Notes: a model not told the origin generated them from the letters alone. A stretch of 64,000 bases of DNA from Meiothermus sp. (GCA_033762915.1 JANRLD010000029.1:1-64000); one strand, 5' to 3'. Shown: positions 9,392-18,620, numbered from the stretch's first letter. Program-made: numbers and translations.

Positions 9392-9393
9392 GA

Positions 9394-12300
9394 TTAACCC
9401 TCCAGACGCCTGCGCTGGTCATAAATCTCTGCGGCCACATCCCTGGCGATGGAGCGCACGAAGTCGCGGGCGGCCGGGCTGCCAAAGTCGCCGTTGAAAC
9501 TGACGGTCTGGTAGAAGTTGTTAATGAAGGTTAGGGTGCTCACGGTGCGGTTGCGCCCACTGGCCCGCTCCTGCTCGACCCGGGTCGCGTCGGCTCGGCG
9601 GGACTCCTGGCCCCCGAAGGCGTTGGATAAGAGGCCGGTGATGATGGGGGCGGCGATACCCAGGCCGAGAACGACCGGGTTGAAGCTACTGGCCGCCCCG
9701 AAGACCTGGCCGAAGCCGCCCGCCGCAAACTCCTTGGCGAAGTTACCCGCTTGGGCCGCAACAACCTGTTGTGAGATCGAGTTGGCCACGCTTTCGCCCG
9801 CTGAGGCCAGAGCACCCGCGATGTTGAAAGATCCGTCCCGGGCCCCCTCGACGATGGCGCTTTTGAACACGTCCGCCACCCGAAGACCGGCGTCGAAGAT
9901 CTCCGAACCCATCTTCTCTGCTGCGTCCTGCTGGGCGTTGAAGTCCTCGCGGGACTTGTCCACGGAGGACTGGTTGGCCTCCTGCAAGGTCCTGAGTTCG
10001 TCTTGAAACTCCTGGTTGGCCTCCGAGAAGCCCTGCGTGAGCGCGCCCGGCCTGGCCGCCGCGAGCGCCTTATCCCTTGCCACCCTTAGCTGTTTGAGTA
10101 ACTCGGTGAGGTCTGCAATGCCCTCACGGTCTTCGGCGGCACGTTCCGGGTCGAGAACTTGCAAGCCATCAGCCTGGGTGTTCAACTCGATGATCTGAGC
10201 CTCGACCTCGCCGATTAGCCCCGCGAGGCCCTCAAGCTGCCGGTCAGCATCCTCGAGCCCCTGAGTGTCGCCGAAGCGGCTTCTCAAGCTGTCAAGCCCC
10301 TGCTGGAAAAACTCACGGCGGGCAGCCCTGGCCGAGGTGGCGGCAGTGCGCCCGGCTTCGTCGAGGGCTTGCTCGAGGTTCTGCTGGTCGGTGCGCAGAG
10401 TGATGACCACCTCGTTTTTACGAGAGGTTATGCGCTCGAGGGTGGACTCCAGTCGGGCGGCCTGGCCGTTGGCCTCAGCCGCTCTCTCGGGGTCGATGAG
10501 GGAAAGATCGGACGCCTCCTGCTTCAGCTCTCCTATAGTCTCGCTGACCCGCCGCCCCAATACCTCCAGGGCCGCGATCTGCTCGTCGGGATCGATGATC
10601 TTAACCGCCGCCCCAAGCTCCTTCTCGATATCGCCTAAAAACAGACTGAAGAACCGCTCGCGCTCCTGGGCGGCAGCCTCAGCAGCGGTACGCCCGGCCT
10701 CGGTTAGGGTCTGCTCGATGTCTCTTTCGGCCTGTCGCACGTCAAAAATGATGCTGACCCGCTGGCTGGTGAGGCTCTTTAGCACGGCCCGGAGCTGGTC
10801 GATCTGCCCCGCTGCCTCGGCGGCCCGTTCGGGCTCGACGAGCCGAAAGCCCTCGACCTCAAGTGCGAGGTCGGCGATAGTGCCTTGGATGCGCAGGGCG
10901 AGGGCATCCAGGGCCGTCAGTTGGTCAGTGGGGTCTATCAGGTCAGCGACGGCCCCGAGGTCAGCCTCGAGGCCCTGCAGGAGTTGCCCGAAGAACTCTC
11001 GGCGGGCCTCGGCGGCGGCCTCGGCGGCGGTGCGCCCCTGTTCCTGCAGGAACTGGCTCAGCTCGCGCTCGGCGTCTGCGGTGTCCAGAATGACACGGAT
11101 GCGCTTGTCGGTAATCCCCTGCAGCACACCAGCGAGCTGCTCGATCTGGCCCCTGGCCTCCCCCGCCCGTTCTGGGTCGATCAGCTGGAACTTGTCGGCC
11201 TCGGCTTGCAGGTCGACGATGGTTGCAGCGATCTCAGCCTCAAGCCTGGAGAGTGCGGCAGTCTGCTGGTTAGGGTCGGCAAATCCTTCTGCTGCAGTCG
11301 CAGCACGCTGGTAGCCCTGAACCAGAGAGTCGAAGAACTCGCGGCGAGCCTCCGCCGCCCCCTGTGCCGCTACCCGACCCTGGTCCTCAAGGAAGCTCTG
11401 AAGATCACGCTCGGCTTCGGCGGTGTCGACTTGAATCCGCACCCGCCGGCTTGTCACCTCCTCGAGGGCTACCTGTAACTGCTCAATTTGTCCCCGGGCT
11501 TCAGCCGCCCTCTCCGGTTCGACGAGCTGAAACCCTTCCGCCTCAGCCTGGAGATCGCCGATCACCCCAAAGATTTCGGCTTCGAGGCGGCTAAGAGCGG
11601 CGGTCTGCTTGGCCGGGTCGGGGAGTTTCTCCGCCGCAACCGCCGCCCTCTCATAGCCTTGCACAAGGGAGTCGAAGAAATCACGGCGGGCTTGCTGGCT
11701 GCTCTCGAGGGCCTCGCGCTGAGCGCCAGCCAGGTCTTGAGATAGATCCCTTTCAGCCTGGGCGATCTCCTGGCGGGCCTTGCGCTCAGCGGCGGTTCGC
11801 TTGTCAAGCTCAGCCCGTATAATCTCGACCCTCTCCGCGGCGGCGCGTGCGGTCTGGGCGTTGCTGCTCTTGGCCAGAGCCTCCTCTTGAGCCAGGCGCA
11901 GTCGAAGCCGCTGGGATGTGGCCAGCTCGAGGTTGTTGCGCAGCACATCCGTGATCTTGGCCTGTTCACGAGTCTGGCGCGTGCGCTCAGCTTCCTTAAT
12001 GGACTCGAGCGACCGAGCTTCGGCCGTCGGCTGGGTCAGGCCGGCCCTCAGGGCGGCCCCGAAGTCGGCGAACCCCGGCGAGCCACCTTTGTCGAGGGCC
12101 TTCCGCGCCTGGTCAAGCGCCTTAAAGCGATTGGTGAGGTCGGCAAGGGCGGCACTGAGAGCTTTAAAGGTAGCAGCGTCCGCGACTCCCAAGCGCTGGG
12201 CATCCTCGAGGATGGAGCGCTGACGATCGCGTAGGCTTTTGAGCTGGTCAGCGCTGAGCTTCTCGAGGTTCACCTCGCCGATCTGGCTGGTGAGAGCCTT

Positions 12301-14733
12301 GGCCTGATTTGAGGTCTCGTTGATCTCTCTGTTGCGCTGCTGAGAGCGACGGGCGGCCTCGCGCCGCGCCGTGTCTTCCCTCTTGGAAAACTCGCCCTCG
12401 ATGATCCTGACTCGCTCGGCGGCGGCCTCCCGCTCGATTTGGTTGGCGCTGCGGGCCAGTTGGCGCTCGGCGGCCAGTCGGCGCTCGAGTTGCTCGCGGG
12501 GAGCGCCCAGGTTGTCCCGCAGGGTCTGGGTGGCCTGTTCTTGCCGGGCCCGCTCCTGCTGCTCCCGGGCCCGCTCCTGCTGCTCCCTGGCCTGCTTGAG
12601 GGCGGCTAGGTATCGCTCAGCGTCCTTGATGGCCTGACCGTAGTCAGCGCTGGCCTTGGTGGCTCGCCCGATCTCGACTTCGATGGTGGCGATTCGCTGG
12701 CGTGCCACGTCTGCCGCCTTCGAGTCGCCCAAGGCGGCAGCCTGGTTGAAAGCCTCCCGGGCCCCCTCGAGGCGCCTCTGCTGGGCGAGGGCGCGGTTGA
12801 ATAGCTCGTCGCTGCGGGGGGGCGTGACGGCGGGAGCCGGAGAGGCGTCGTCGGGGGAGGGCCGGTCGGGTCCGGTAGGCGCGGCTTGTTTTAGGCGGTT
12901 GATCTCTTGCCGCAGCTGCTCGATCCGAGCCAGGTTGTCGTCTACCTGCTTGCGGGCGGCCTCGATAGTGGTAATGAGGGTCTTGCCGTCGAGGGACTTG
13001 ACCGCAGCATCCAGGAAAGTCTCGAGCCCCTTCTGCCGAGCGACCTCCAGGGCCCGGGTGAGTTCCCCGTTCTGCTTCTGCAACTCACCGATAGTGTCCT
13101 GATTGGCGGTGATTTGTGCCCCAGAGACGTCCCCGAACTCCCCCTCGTTTTGCCGCTGGCGGTTGCCCTGGGCGGCCCGGTTCCTGACTGCTTCCGGGTT
13201 GAAGACCAGGCGAATATCAAATGTAACCGGGTCGGCAGCGGCGTTGATGATGTTGGCGATCACGTCGTAGACGTTGGTCAGACCCCGGAGCAGGGGGCTG
13301 TCCTTGGCATTCACGGTAAGCAGGTTTTGCACGGCCTTGCTGAGACGGTCCTGGGCGCCCCGCAGCGTGTCCGTGCGCTCGCGGTACTGGTCGAAGGCCG
13401 TTCCCTGCTCCTCCATGGCCTTGGACTGGTCGCGGAGGCTGTCGGCACCCGCCTTGATGAGCGGGAGGAGCCCCTTGAGGCCGTCCGAGCCCAGCACGAC
13501 CTGCAGGTTCGCGTTGCGCTGCTCCTCGGTCTGGTTCTTGGTAGCTCGAGCAATATCCCCCACCACGTCAATGAACTGCCGGGCCCGCCCGCTGCTGTCG
13601 TAGGCGCTCACCCCCCACTGTCTGAGGATGTCGGCCCCCTCCTTGGTCGGCGCGTAGATGCGCTGCACGGAGTTGCTGAGGGCGGTCGCGGCGTCGGAGG
13701 CGCTCGAGGCCGCCGGGCGGATGGCGGCCACCAGGGTCACGAAGTCCGCATATGGGATCTTGGCAATGGCCACTCCGCGCCCGCCCTGGCCGATCGCCTC
13801 GTTGAGGTCCTTGACCGTGAGGCGAGTCCGGTTCGCCGCGTTGACGGTAATGTCGGCGATTCGGTCGAAGTTGCCCCTCACGTCCTCGAAGTTCTGGCTG
13901 ACCTGGGCCCCGACCGAGGCGGAAGTCTCGAGGCTCTCCTTGGTGGCCTTGGCAATGAGGATCGAGGAGCGAGCCACACCGTCTAGGGCGTCCTCCGTGT
14001 CAATGCCCGCCGTGCCCAGCGCCTCGAAGACCTGTGCGGCCTCGGTCTTGAGAACACCCAGGTCTCGAGCTAGGTCGCTCGAAGCGTCGCCCACCTCCCT
14101 CATCTGTTCCGGCGTGGCCCCGAGGGTGCCCTTGGCGTCCGCCAAAGACTGCTCGAAGTCGGCGCTGTTGTTCGCGACGGCATTGAAGCCAGCGGCCGCA
14201 GCCAGCAGTCCAGCCCCCGCTGCTGCCCCGAGTGGGCCCACAGTGGCGGCAGCAGCAGCGACCCCCGAGAGCCCGGTCTGGGCCTGGGGCGCCAGGGTGG
14301 TAACGCTCTGAAGCTGAGTGCTGATGATCGAACCGATGGATAGCGGGGCGCTCTTGCCCTGAAGGGTTGCGAGGCTCCGGTTGGCGCTCGCGGCAGCTGC
14401 GGCCAGCCTCGAAAGCTCAGTGCTAGAGGTGTCGCCAAGGTTCTGGAGGGACTTAGCCCCGGCCAGTGCTCGGTCACGAATGCCGGCGAGCTGTGCGGCG
14501 GCGTCACGGGCCGAGATTGCTCCAGCTTGGGCCAGGTTCTTTACCGCCTGGGCCTCGCGATTTAGGGCAGCTGCGGAGCTGGCCGCCGCTGAGGCCCCGG
14601 CACTCGAGGCCCCAAAGTTGACGCTTGCGTTGAGACTGCGTGCGATCTCGCTGGCCTGAGCCTGCAGCACCTGCTTGACGTTAGGCCCGAAGCCTGCCGT
14701 GAAGAGCACGCCACCGAGGTTAATAATTTCCAT
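9394..14733 (-). CDS. phage tail tape-measure protein (TP901-like core) with long repeated helical C-terminal half
   Basis: DFEQSLADAKGTLGAT...ALGTAG...IADITVNAANRT...LNEAI...GVSAYDSSGRARQFIDVV core; Ala/Gln/Glu-rich; AAGGAG RBS. Confidence 0.9.
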   Translation of the reverse strand: MEIINLGGVLFTAGFGPNVKQVLQAQASEIARSLNASVNFGASSAGASAAASSAAALNREAQAVKNLAQAGAISARDAAAQLAGIRDRALAGAKSLQNLGDTSSTELSRLAAAAASANRSLATLQGKSAPLSIGSIISTQLQSVTTLAPQAQTGLSGVAAAAATVGPLGAAAGAGLLAAAAGFNAVANNSADFEQSLADAKGTLGATPEQMREVGDASSDLARDLGVLKTEAAQVFEALGTAGIDTEDALDGVARSSILIAKATKESLETSASVGAQVSQNFEDVRGNFDRIADITVNAANRTRLTVKDLNEAIGQGGRGVAIAKIPYADFVTLVAAIRPAASSASDAATALSNSVQRIYAPTKEGADILRQWGVSAYDSSGRARQFIDVVGDIARATKNQTEEQRNANLQVVLGSDGLKGLLPLIKAGADSLRDQSKAMEEQGTAFDQYRERTDTLRGAQDRLSKAVQNLLTVNAKDSPLLRGLTNVYDVIANIINAAADPVTFDIRLVFNPEAVRNRAAQGNRQRQNEGEFGDVSGAQITANQDTIGELQKQNGELTRALEVARQKGLETFLDAAVKSLDGKTLITTIEAARKQVDDNLARIEQLRQEINRLKQAAPTGPDRPSPDDASPAPAVTPPRSDELFNRALAQQRRLEGAREAFNQAAALGDSKAADVARQRIATIEVEIGRATKASADYGQAIKDAERYLAALKQAREQQERAREQQERARQEQATQTLRDNLGAPREQLERRLAAERQLARSANQIEREAAAERVRIIEGEFSKREDTARREAARRSQQRNREINETSNQAKALTSQIGEVNLEKLSADQLKSLRDRQRSILEDAQRLGVADAATFKALSAALADLTNRFKALDQARKALDKGGSPGFADFGAALRAGLTQPTAEARSLESIKEAERTRQTREQAKITDVLRNNLELATSQRLRLRLAQEEALAKSSNAQTARAAAERVEIIRAELDKRTAAERKARQEIAQAERDLSQDLAGAQREALESSQQARRDFFDSLVQGYERAAVAAEKLPDPAKQTAALSRLEAEIFGVIGDLQAEAEGFQLVEPERAAEARGQIEQLQVALEEVTSRRVRIQVDTAEAERDLQSFLEDQGRVAAQGAAEARREFFDSLVQGYQRAATAAEGFADPNQQTAALSRLEAEIAATIVDLQAEADKFQLIDPERAGEARGQIEQLAGVLQGITDKRIRVILDTADAERELSQFLQEQGRTAAEAAAEARREFFGQLLQGLEADLGAVADLIDPTDQLTALDALALRIQGTIADLALEVEGFRLVEPERAAEAAGQIDQLRAVLKSLTSQRVSIIFDVRQAERDIEQTLTEAGRTAAEAAAQERERFFSLFLGDIEKELGAAVKIIDPDEQIAALEVLGRRVSETIGELKQEASDLSLIDPERAAEANGQAARLESTLERITSRKNEVVITLRTDQQNLEQALDEAGRTAATSARAARREFFQQGLDSLRSRFGDTQGLEDADRQLEGLAGLIGEVEAQIIELNTQADGLQVLDPERAAEDREGIADLTELLKQLRVARDKALAAARPGALTQGFSEANQEFQDELRTLQEANQSSVDKSREDFNAQQDAAEKMGSEIFDAGLRVADVFKSAIVEGARDGSFNIAGALASAGESVANSISQQVVAAQAGNFAKEFAAGGFGQVFGAASSFNPVVLGLGIAAPIITGLLSNAFGGQESRRADATRVEQERASGRNRTVSTLTFINNFYQTVSFNGDFGSPAARDFVRSIARDVAAEIYDQRRRLEG
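10100..11770 (-). repeat. five 342-bp (114-aa) degenerate repeats inside TMP
   Basis: FF codon pairs at 11674, 11332, 10990, 10648, 10306 (spacing 342); RREFF...DP..Q.AAL...(D/E)PERAAE recurs. Confidence 0.9.
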
Positions 14734-14745
14734 TCAAACTCCTTT

Positions 14746-15105
14746 TTATCCCCTGGCTGCCCCGTTCACAGCCAGCCAGGCCCGCACTAGGGTGGCCACG
14801 CTATCGAGGCCTGGGCTGAAATCGGACGGCTCGGGTTGGGACTTGCGCGGTACCCGCGTGGGGCCCGCCGCGTCTTCCTGCATGGCTAGCTGGATATCCC
14901 CGACCAGGCTGGCGCAGAAGCCGGGCAGGTGAGGGCCGGCCTGGGGGTGGCGCTCCAGCTCCCCGACCAGCGCCCACAGCTCGTCCAGCCGTCCAGCCTG
15001 GGGGTGAATGTGCCCACCGCCCGCCCCCTCTGCCTCCACCTCCTCCCAGATGCCCGACCTTGCGGGGAAGAGGGGCTGTTGGGCCTTGGCCCTCGGCCCG
15101 CTCAT
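14746..15105 (-). CDS. hypothetical protein directly upstream of TMP (possible tail-assembly chaperone)
   Basis: ATGA-coupled; position; PSDFSP motif. Confidence 0.6.
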   Translation of the reverse strand: MSGPRAKAQQPLFPARSGIWEEVEAEGAGGGHIHPQAGRLDELWALVGELERHPQAGPHLPGFCASLVGDIQLAMQEDAAGPTRVPRKSQPEPSDFSPGLDSVATLVRAWLAVNGAARG

Positions 15106-15335
15106 GGCCGCGCCTCGGACTGCTCCACCTGGCCCTCGGCCTCGAGGCGAACCGCGAAGGCCCCCGACCGCTTGAGGGCCTTGGCCCAGGTATCGGCCTC
15201 CTCCTCCGTGGTAGCCGTGGTGGCCACGCGCTCGAGCTCTCGCGGTCCCCAGCGCACCAGGATCCGGAAGCGTGGCTCGTCGAAGAGTGTTGGGTCGGGT
15301 AGCGTCGGGCGAATGAGCCCAGGTTGACGGGCCAT
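15102..15335 (-). CDS. hypothetical protein (77 aa)
   Basis: TGATG overlap with the upstream gene; MARQPGL... frame. Confidence 0.6.
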   Translation of the reverse strand: MARQPGLIRPTLPDPTLFDEPRFRILVRWGPRELERVATTATTEEEADTWAKALKRSGAFAVRLEAEGQVEQSEARP

Positions 15336-15655
15336 CAGCGAGCCCCCCGCCTGAGACCGGCGAGTAGGCCCCGGGGGATCAGGAAGTCCCCTCGCCCGTC
15401 TATCTGAATCCTGGGGTCGTCGAGGGCCCGGGCGGTGAACTCCAGCGCGCGCCCGTAGCTGGCGAGTTGGTCGGGGCTCATGGCCTGGGCGGTGGCCGCG
15501 ATCTTTCGCAGGAAGCGGGCTGTCTCCCCGGTGGCCCGGGGGTGTTTGAGCAAGGCCTCGGCCCGCTGGCGCAACTGGCTCGCCTTGGCCGCGGCCTTGT
15601 GCTCCTGCCGCTCGGCAGCCCTGCGCTGTTGGCGGTTCATGAATGGTTGGCTCAT
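15335..15655 (-). CDS. hypothetical protein (106 aa)
   Basis: MSQPFMNRQQRRAA (NRxxRR start common in phage proteins); GGAG RBS; ATGA overlap. Confidence 0.7.
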   Translation of the reverse strand: MSQPFMNRQQRRAAERQEHKAAAKASQLRQRAEALLKHPRATGETARFLRKIAATAQAMSPDQLASYGRALEFTARALDDPRIQIDGRGDFLIPRGLLAGLRRGAR

Positions 15656-15999
15656 ACGGCCTTCTCCTTGTCTCGGAAGGTGTAGGCGGGTTTGAGGGTT
15701 CTGCCCTCGAGGCCACCCCAGAGGAGGCTCACCACCACCTCGAGGGCCCTGGGGTGCTGCTCGGCCAGGCGCTCGACCGCGTTGCGATACAGCTCGGCCT
15801 GGGTGACGGTGAGGTAGGGCCACAGGTGGGTGTTGGCCTCCAGGTCGGCGGTGCTGGGAATGAGCAGGCGGGGGTAGACCTCGACTCCGTCTGCGGTGAT
15901 GTGGATGGCGTTGGCCTTGAGGCGGTTGTAAGGATCGAGCACCCGCTCGGCGTACCGGTGAGCCAGCAGCCAAGCTCGAGACGGCTTAGTTGAGTCCAT
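15652..15999 (-). CDS. hypothetical protein (115 aa) after helicase
   Basis: GGAGG RBS, overlaps the helicase stop. Confidence 0.7.
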   Translation of the reverse strand: MDSTKPSRAWLLAHRYAERVLDPYNRLKANAIHITADGVEVYPRLLIPSTADLEANTHLWPYLTVTQAELYRNAVERLAEQHPRALEVVVSLLWGGLEGRTLKPAYTFRDKEKAV

Positions 16000-17293
16000 G
16001 GGCAACCACCTCCCCCTCATCGCTCTCGGTTTCCGAATAGAAATCGCCGCCCTCAACTTCAGCCTCGAGGGAAGACTGGTCGGCTTCCGTGTTGGAAGTG
16101 TGGGCCGGAAGTCCGGAAGTTTGCACAGGGACGGAGTTATCTCCCTGGACTTCCAAACTCTTTTTTCTTGGAAGTTGGTTTGGAAGTGGAACCCCCCCTA
16201 AGTGGGGTTCCACACTTCCAAGACTTCCATCCTTTAAGGAAGTGGAAGTTGGAAGTAACTTGTAGGTGACTTTCCTACTCGAGGGGTCTTGCTCCTTCGC
16301 CACCCGGTTGCCCAGTCCGTCGAGGGCCCTGCTGAGCGACTGCGCACTACCCCCAACGACCTCCTGCAACTGGCTCCATGTGGCGCCGCTCTTGGTCAAG
16401 CGCTCCAGCACTAGGCGCATGTTGCGCTGGAGGGCGGTCTCCCCTCGAGGGGCCGGTAACTGCCCAGGGCTCGGGCTGGCCGAGTCGCCGACCTCGAGCC
16501 GGATGACCTCGGGGCTTCGGCCCTCGCCGTTCTGGAAGACCAGCCGAGTGGTGAAGGGCGCGAATGGGATGCCGTTGATCTTGTCCACTGACCACCTCAC
16601 CTGGCCCAGTCCATCCCCCTCCATCGCGTAGGAGCCGCGGGCCCATGAGCGCTTGAACTGGGAGCCGTAGGGCGTGAGCCTGCCGCTCTGGTCCTTGGTC
16701 GAGTGGTCGATGGCGACCAGGGCGCAGCCCAGGAGCTTGTGGCGGAGGACGTTCAGCGCCTGCAGGTCCTTGGCCACGTCGATCTTGAGCGGATCAGCGC
16801 CCGAGTAGAGGCCCAGGGAGTCCAGGAAGACCACCTCGGCCCGGTGCTGCATGGCCATCTTGGCGATCCGGGGGACCATGTTGGACGCCCAGTCCCCGTT
16901 AGCCAGGTCAAGGGGCTGCAGCTCCCTATCGAAGTTGAAGGGCGACCAGTAGGCGAACTCCCCCGGGCGCTCCCTGGCCCCGAGGCCGCGCAGCATGGCC
17001 GCCAGGTAGGGCTCGACGAAGTCCTGGCCAGACTCATAGTCGAGGTAGAGCACCCGATAGCGACGCTTCACCCTCATCCCTGCGAAGTCGAGCCCCAGAG
17101 AGAGGCAGAGCGCGCACATCAGCGCGTGCAGTGATTTCGAGGCTCCCGGCTGGCCGAACCAGATGTAAGGCCAGCCCTGACGCATGAAGCCCTCGACGAT
17201 CTCCCCCGGGAGCAGCCTCGCCTCCATCTTGTCTAGGGTGGTGTAGTCGGGGTTTGGTAGGCTGTTAGTGTTCTCCTGTCCTTCCACGGCCAC
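15986..17293 (-). CDS. RecA-fold AAA_25 / RepA-like replicative helicase with C-terminal HTH-like region
   Basis: Walker A GQPGASKS, VLYLDYE, Walker B VVFLDSL, IDHSTK, YGS motif. Confidence 0.85.
   Translation of the reverse strand: MAVEGQENTNSLPNPDYTTLDKMEARLLPGEIVEGFMRQGWPYIWFGQPGASKSLHALMCALCLSLGLDFAGMRVKRRYRVLYLDYESGQDFVEPYLAAMLRGLGARERPGEFAYWSPFNFDRELQPLDLANGDWASNMVPRIAKMAMQHRAEVVFLDSLGLYSGADPLKIDVAKDLQALNVLRHKLLGCALVAIDHSTKDQSGRLTPYGSQFKRSWARGSYAMEGDGLGQVRWSVDKINGIPFAPFTTRLVFQNGEGRSPEVIRLEVGDSASPSPGQLPAPRGETALQRNMRLVLERLTKSGATWSQLQEVVGGSAQSLSRALDGLGNRVAKEQDPSSRKVTYKLLPTSTSLKDGSLGSVEPHLGGVPLPNQLPRKKSLEVQGDNSVPVQTSGLPAHTSNTEADQSSLEAEVEGGDFYSETESDEGEVVAHGLN
16094..16256. repeat. GGAAGT iteron cluster, candidate replication origin
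   Basis: 11 copies (8 GGAAGT, 3 ACTTCC) in ~165 bp, with a T-tract and a 10-bp inverted repeat. Confidence 0.75.
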
Positions 17294-17296
17294 CGC

Positions 17297-17530
17297 CTAG
17301 GCCGCCACGCCAGAGGCCCCAGCTTGCCCCGCTGGGGCTTTCTTCGCTTCAACATTGCCCAGGAACTCATCAAGGGCGGCCTTAGAAAACAGCCATCTTG
17401 AGCCGATCTTTCGGCTTCGAATCTCGCCTTGCTGGACGAGTTTGCGGATCGTGTTATGGCTGAGCCCGGTGTATTGCACCGCGCCCTCGAGGTCAAAGGC
17501 GGCTGCTTCTATCTTCTCAGTCTTGGGCAT
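17297..17530 (-). CDS. excisionase/AlpA-like HTH_17 protein
   Basis: DLEGAVQYTGLSHNTIRKLVQQGEIRSRKIGSRWLFSKAALDEFL; AGAGG RBS. Confidence 0.88.
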   Translation of the reverse strand: MPKTEKIEAAAFDLEGAVQYTGLSHNTIRKLVQQGEIRSRKIGSRWLFSKAALDEFLGNVEAKKAPAGQAGASGVAA

Positions 17531-17595
17531 ATAAAAACCTCTAACTTCTCGCGACATGAAGTCGCGCCAGATGCCGAATGTCGGGGCAGTCTGGG

Positions 17596-18234
17596 TTAGA
17601 GGTTAGGTGAGTTGGGTTGTATGTTGGGTCTAATCAACAACGGGGCTGAAGGGGGGATCCTTTCAGGTTTCTTGCGTTTCGAAGAGGCTGCTTCAACAGC
17701 CTCAGCCAACTTGAGGAGCAAGAGGGGTAGCAGATACCAGAGGCGAAGAGCCAAAGAGATAAGCGACCGTCTCCAAGACTGGACCGCGCTCCGATTGTTG
17801 AGCAGCAGCGAGAGCTTCAGTGAGAGCCACACCTCACGACCAAACCACTTGGGCGGCTGGAAGCCCCATTCCTCATACTCTGACAAGTGGGAGCAGATCT
17901 CTTTGCGCATGTGCTCGATATCGCCATCGGCCACATCCCCCACCTCCGAGAGGTAGTTGTACCATCTCGTCGTTAGAGAAAGGCGTTTCTGGCCATATTG
18001 CCTTTGCCCAAAGGTGACAAGGAGGAAGGCGGCCAGAGACTTAACCCAGCCCTCTGTACCCTCTGGGCTTAAGAAGCAGTGAAGCCATTCGCCCACTGCC
18101 TCATCGCAAAACTTGGGGAAGAACACGAACTCTCCCCCGTAAACCAGAACCGAAAAAACCTCTCCCGTTGCATCCCTTACAGCGTGCACCGTAGGGCAGT
18201 GCGGGTATAAGTCAACGGTCAGGGGGGGAGCCAT
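17596..18234 (-). CDS. hypothetical protein (212 aa), lower GC
   Basis: Long ORF with atypical composition at the head of the element's main operon. Confidence 0.6.
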   Translation of the reverse strand: MAPPLTVDLYPHCPTVHAVRDATGEVFSVLVYGGEFVFFPKFCDEAVGEWLHCFLSPEGTEGWVKSLAAFLLVTFGQRQYGQKRLSLTTRWYNYLSEVGDVADGDIEHMRKEICSHLSEYEEWGFQPPKWFGREVWLSLKLSLLLNNRSAVQSWRRSLISLALRLWYLLPLLLLKLAEAVEAASSKRKKPERIPPSAPLLIRPNIQPNSPNL

Positions 18235-18401
18235 AAAGCCAACTTAGTATACCCCACTCGGCCTTCCTAGCCCTTGCGGAACGCTCACCGACCTTGTTGT
18301 ATGCGAAGGGCAACCCGAAAACCCTATGTGTTAACCCAACTGAGTGCGCGGCTTTGGCCCCGGGGTGTGAACCCTCGAGGACCCAGGCGGCGCGGCCCAC
18401 C

Positions 18402-18425
18402 TTTCAGCCAATATTTCAGCCAACG
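18402..18425 (+). repeat. integrase arm-type site pair (right)
   Basis: TTTCAGCCAA ta TTTCAGCCAA cg. Confidence 0.75.
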
Positions 18426-18520
18426 CGGGCGAAGGTGGTTGAAGGTAGCTGAACGCTGAGAGCCCACGGGGGCGGGTTTTTTGAACAGCCTTGAAGATGG
18501 GTGAAGGTGGCCCGGTAGCC

Positions 18521-18565
18521 CTCATAATCGTTAGGTCCCCGGTTCAAGTCCGGGCATAGCCACCA
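18521..18565 (+). repeat. attR core (displaced 3' part of tRNA-Met)
   Basis: Identical to 1537-1581. Confidence 0.96.
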
Positions 18566-18567
18566 AA

Positions 18568-18620
18568 AAAGCCGCCCAGGAAGTACTCCCGACGATTTGG
18601 AGGGCCTCCTGGGCGGCTTT
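18568..18620 (+). terminator. hairpin after attR (probably the original tRNA terminator)
   Basis: AAAGCCGCCCAGGA ... TCCTGGGCGGCTTT 14-bp stem. Confidence 0.65.

Noticed and set aside
18521..18565. Third tRNA-Met gene
   Set aside because: Only the 3' 45 nt are present, with no D-arm or 5' acceptor strand; it is attR.
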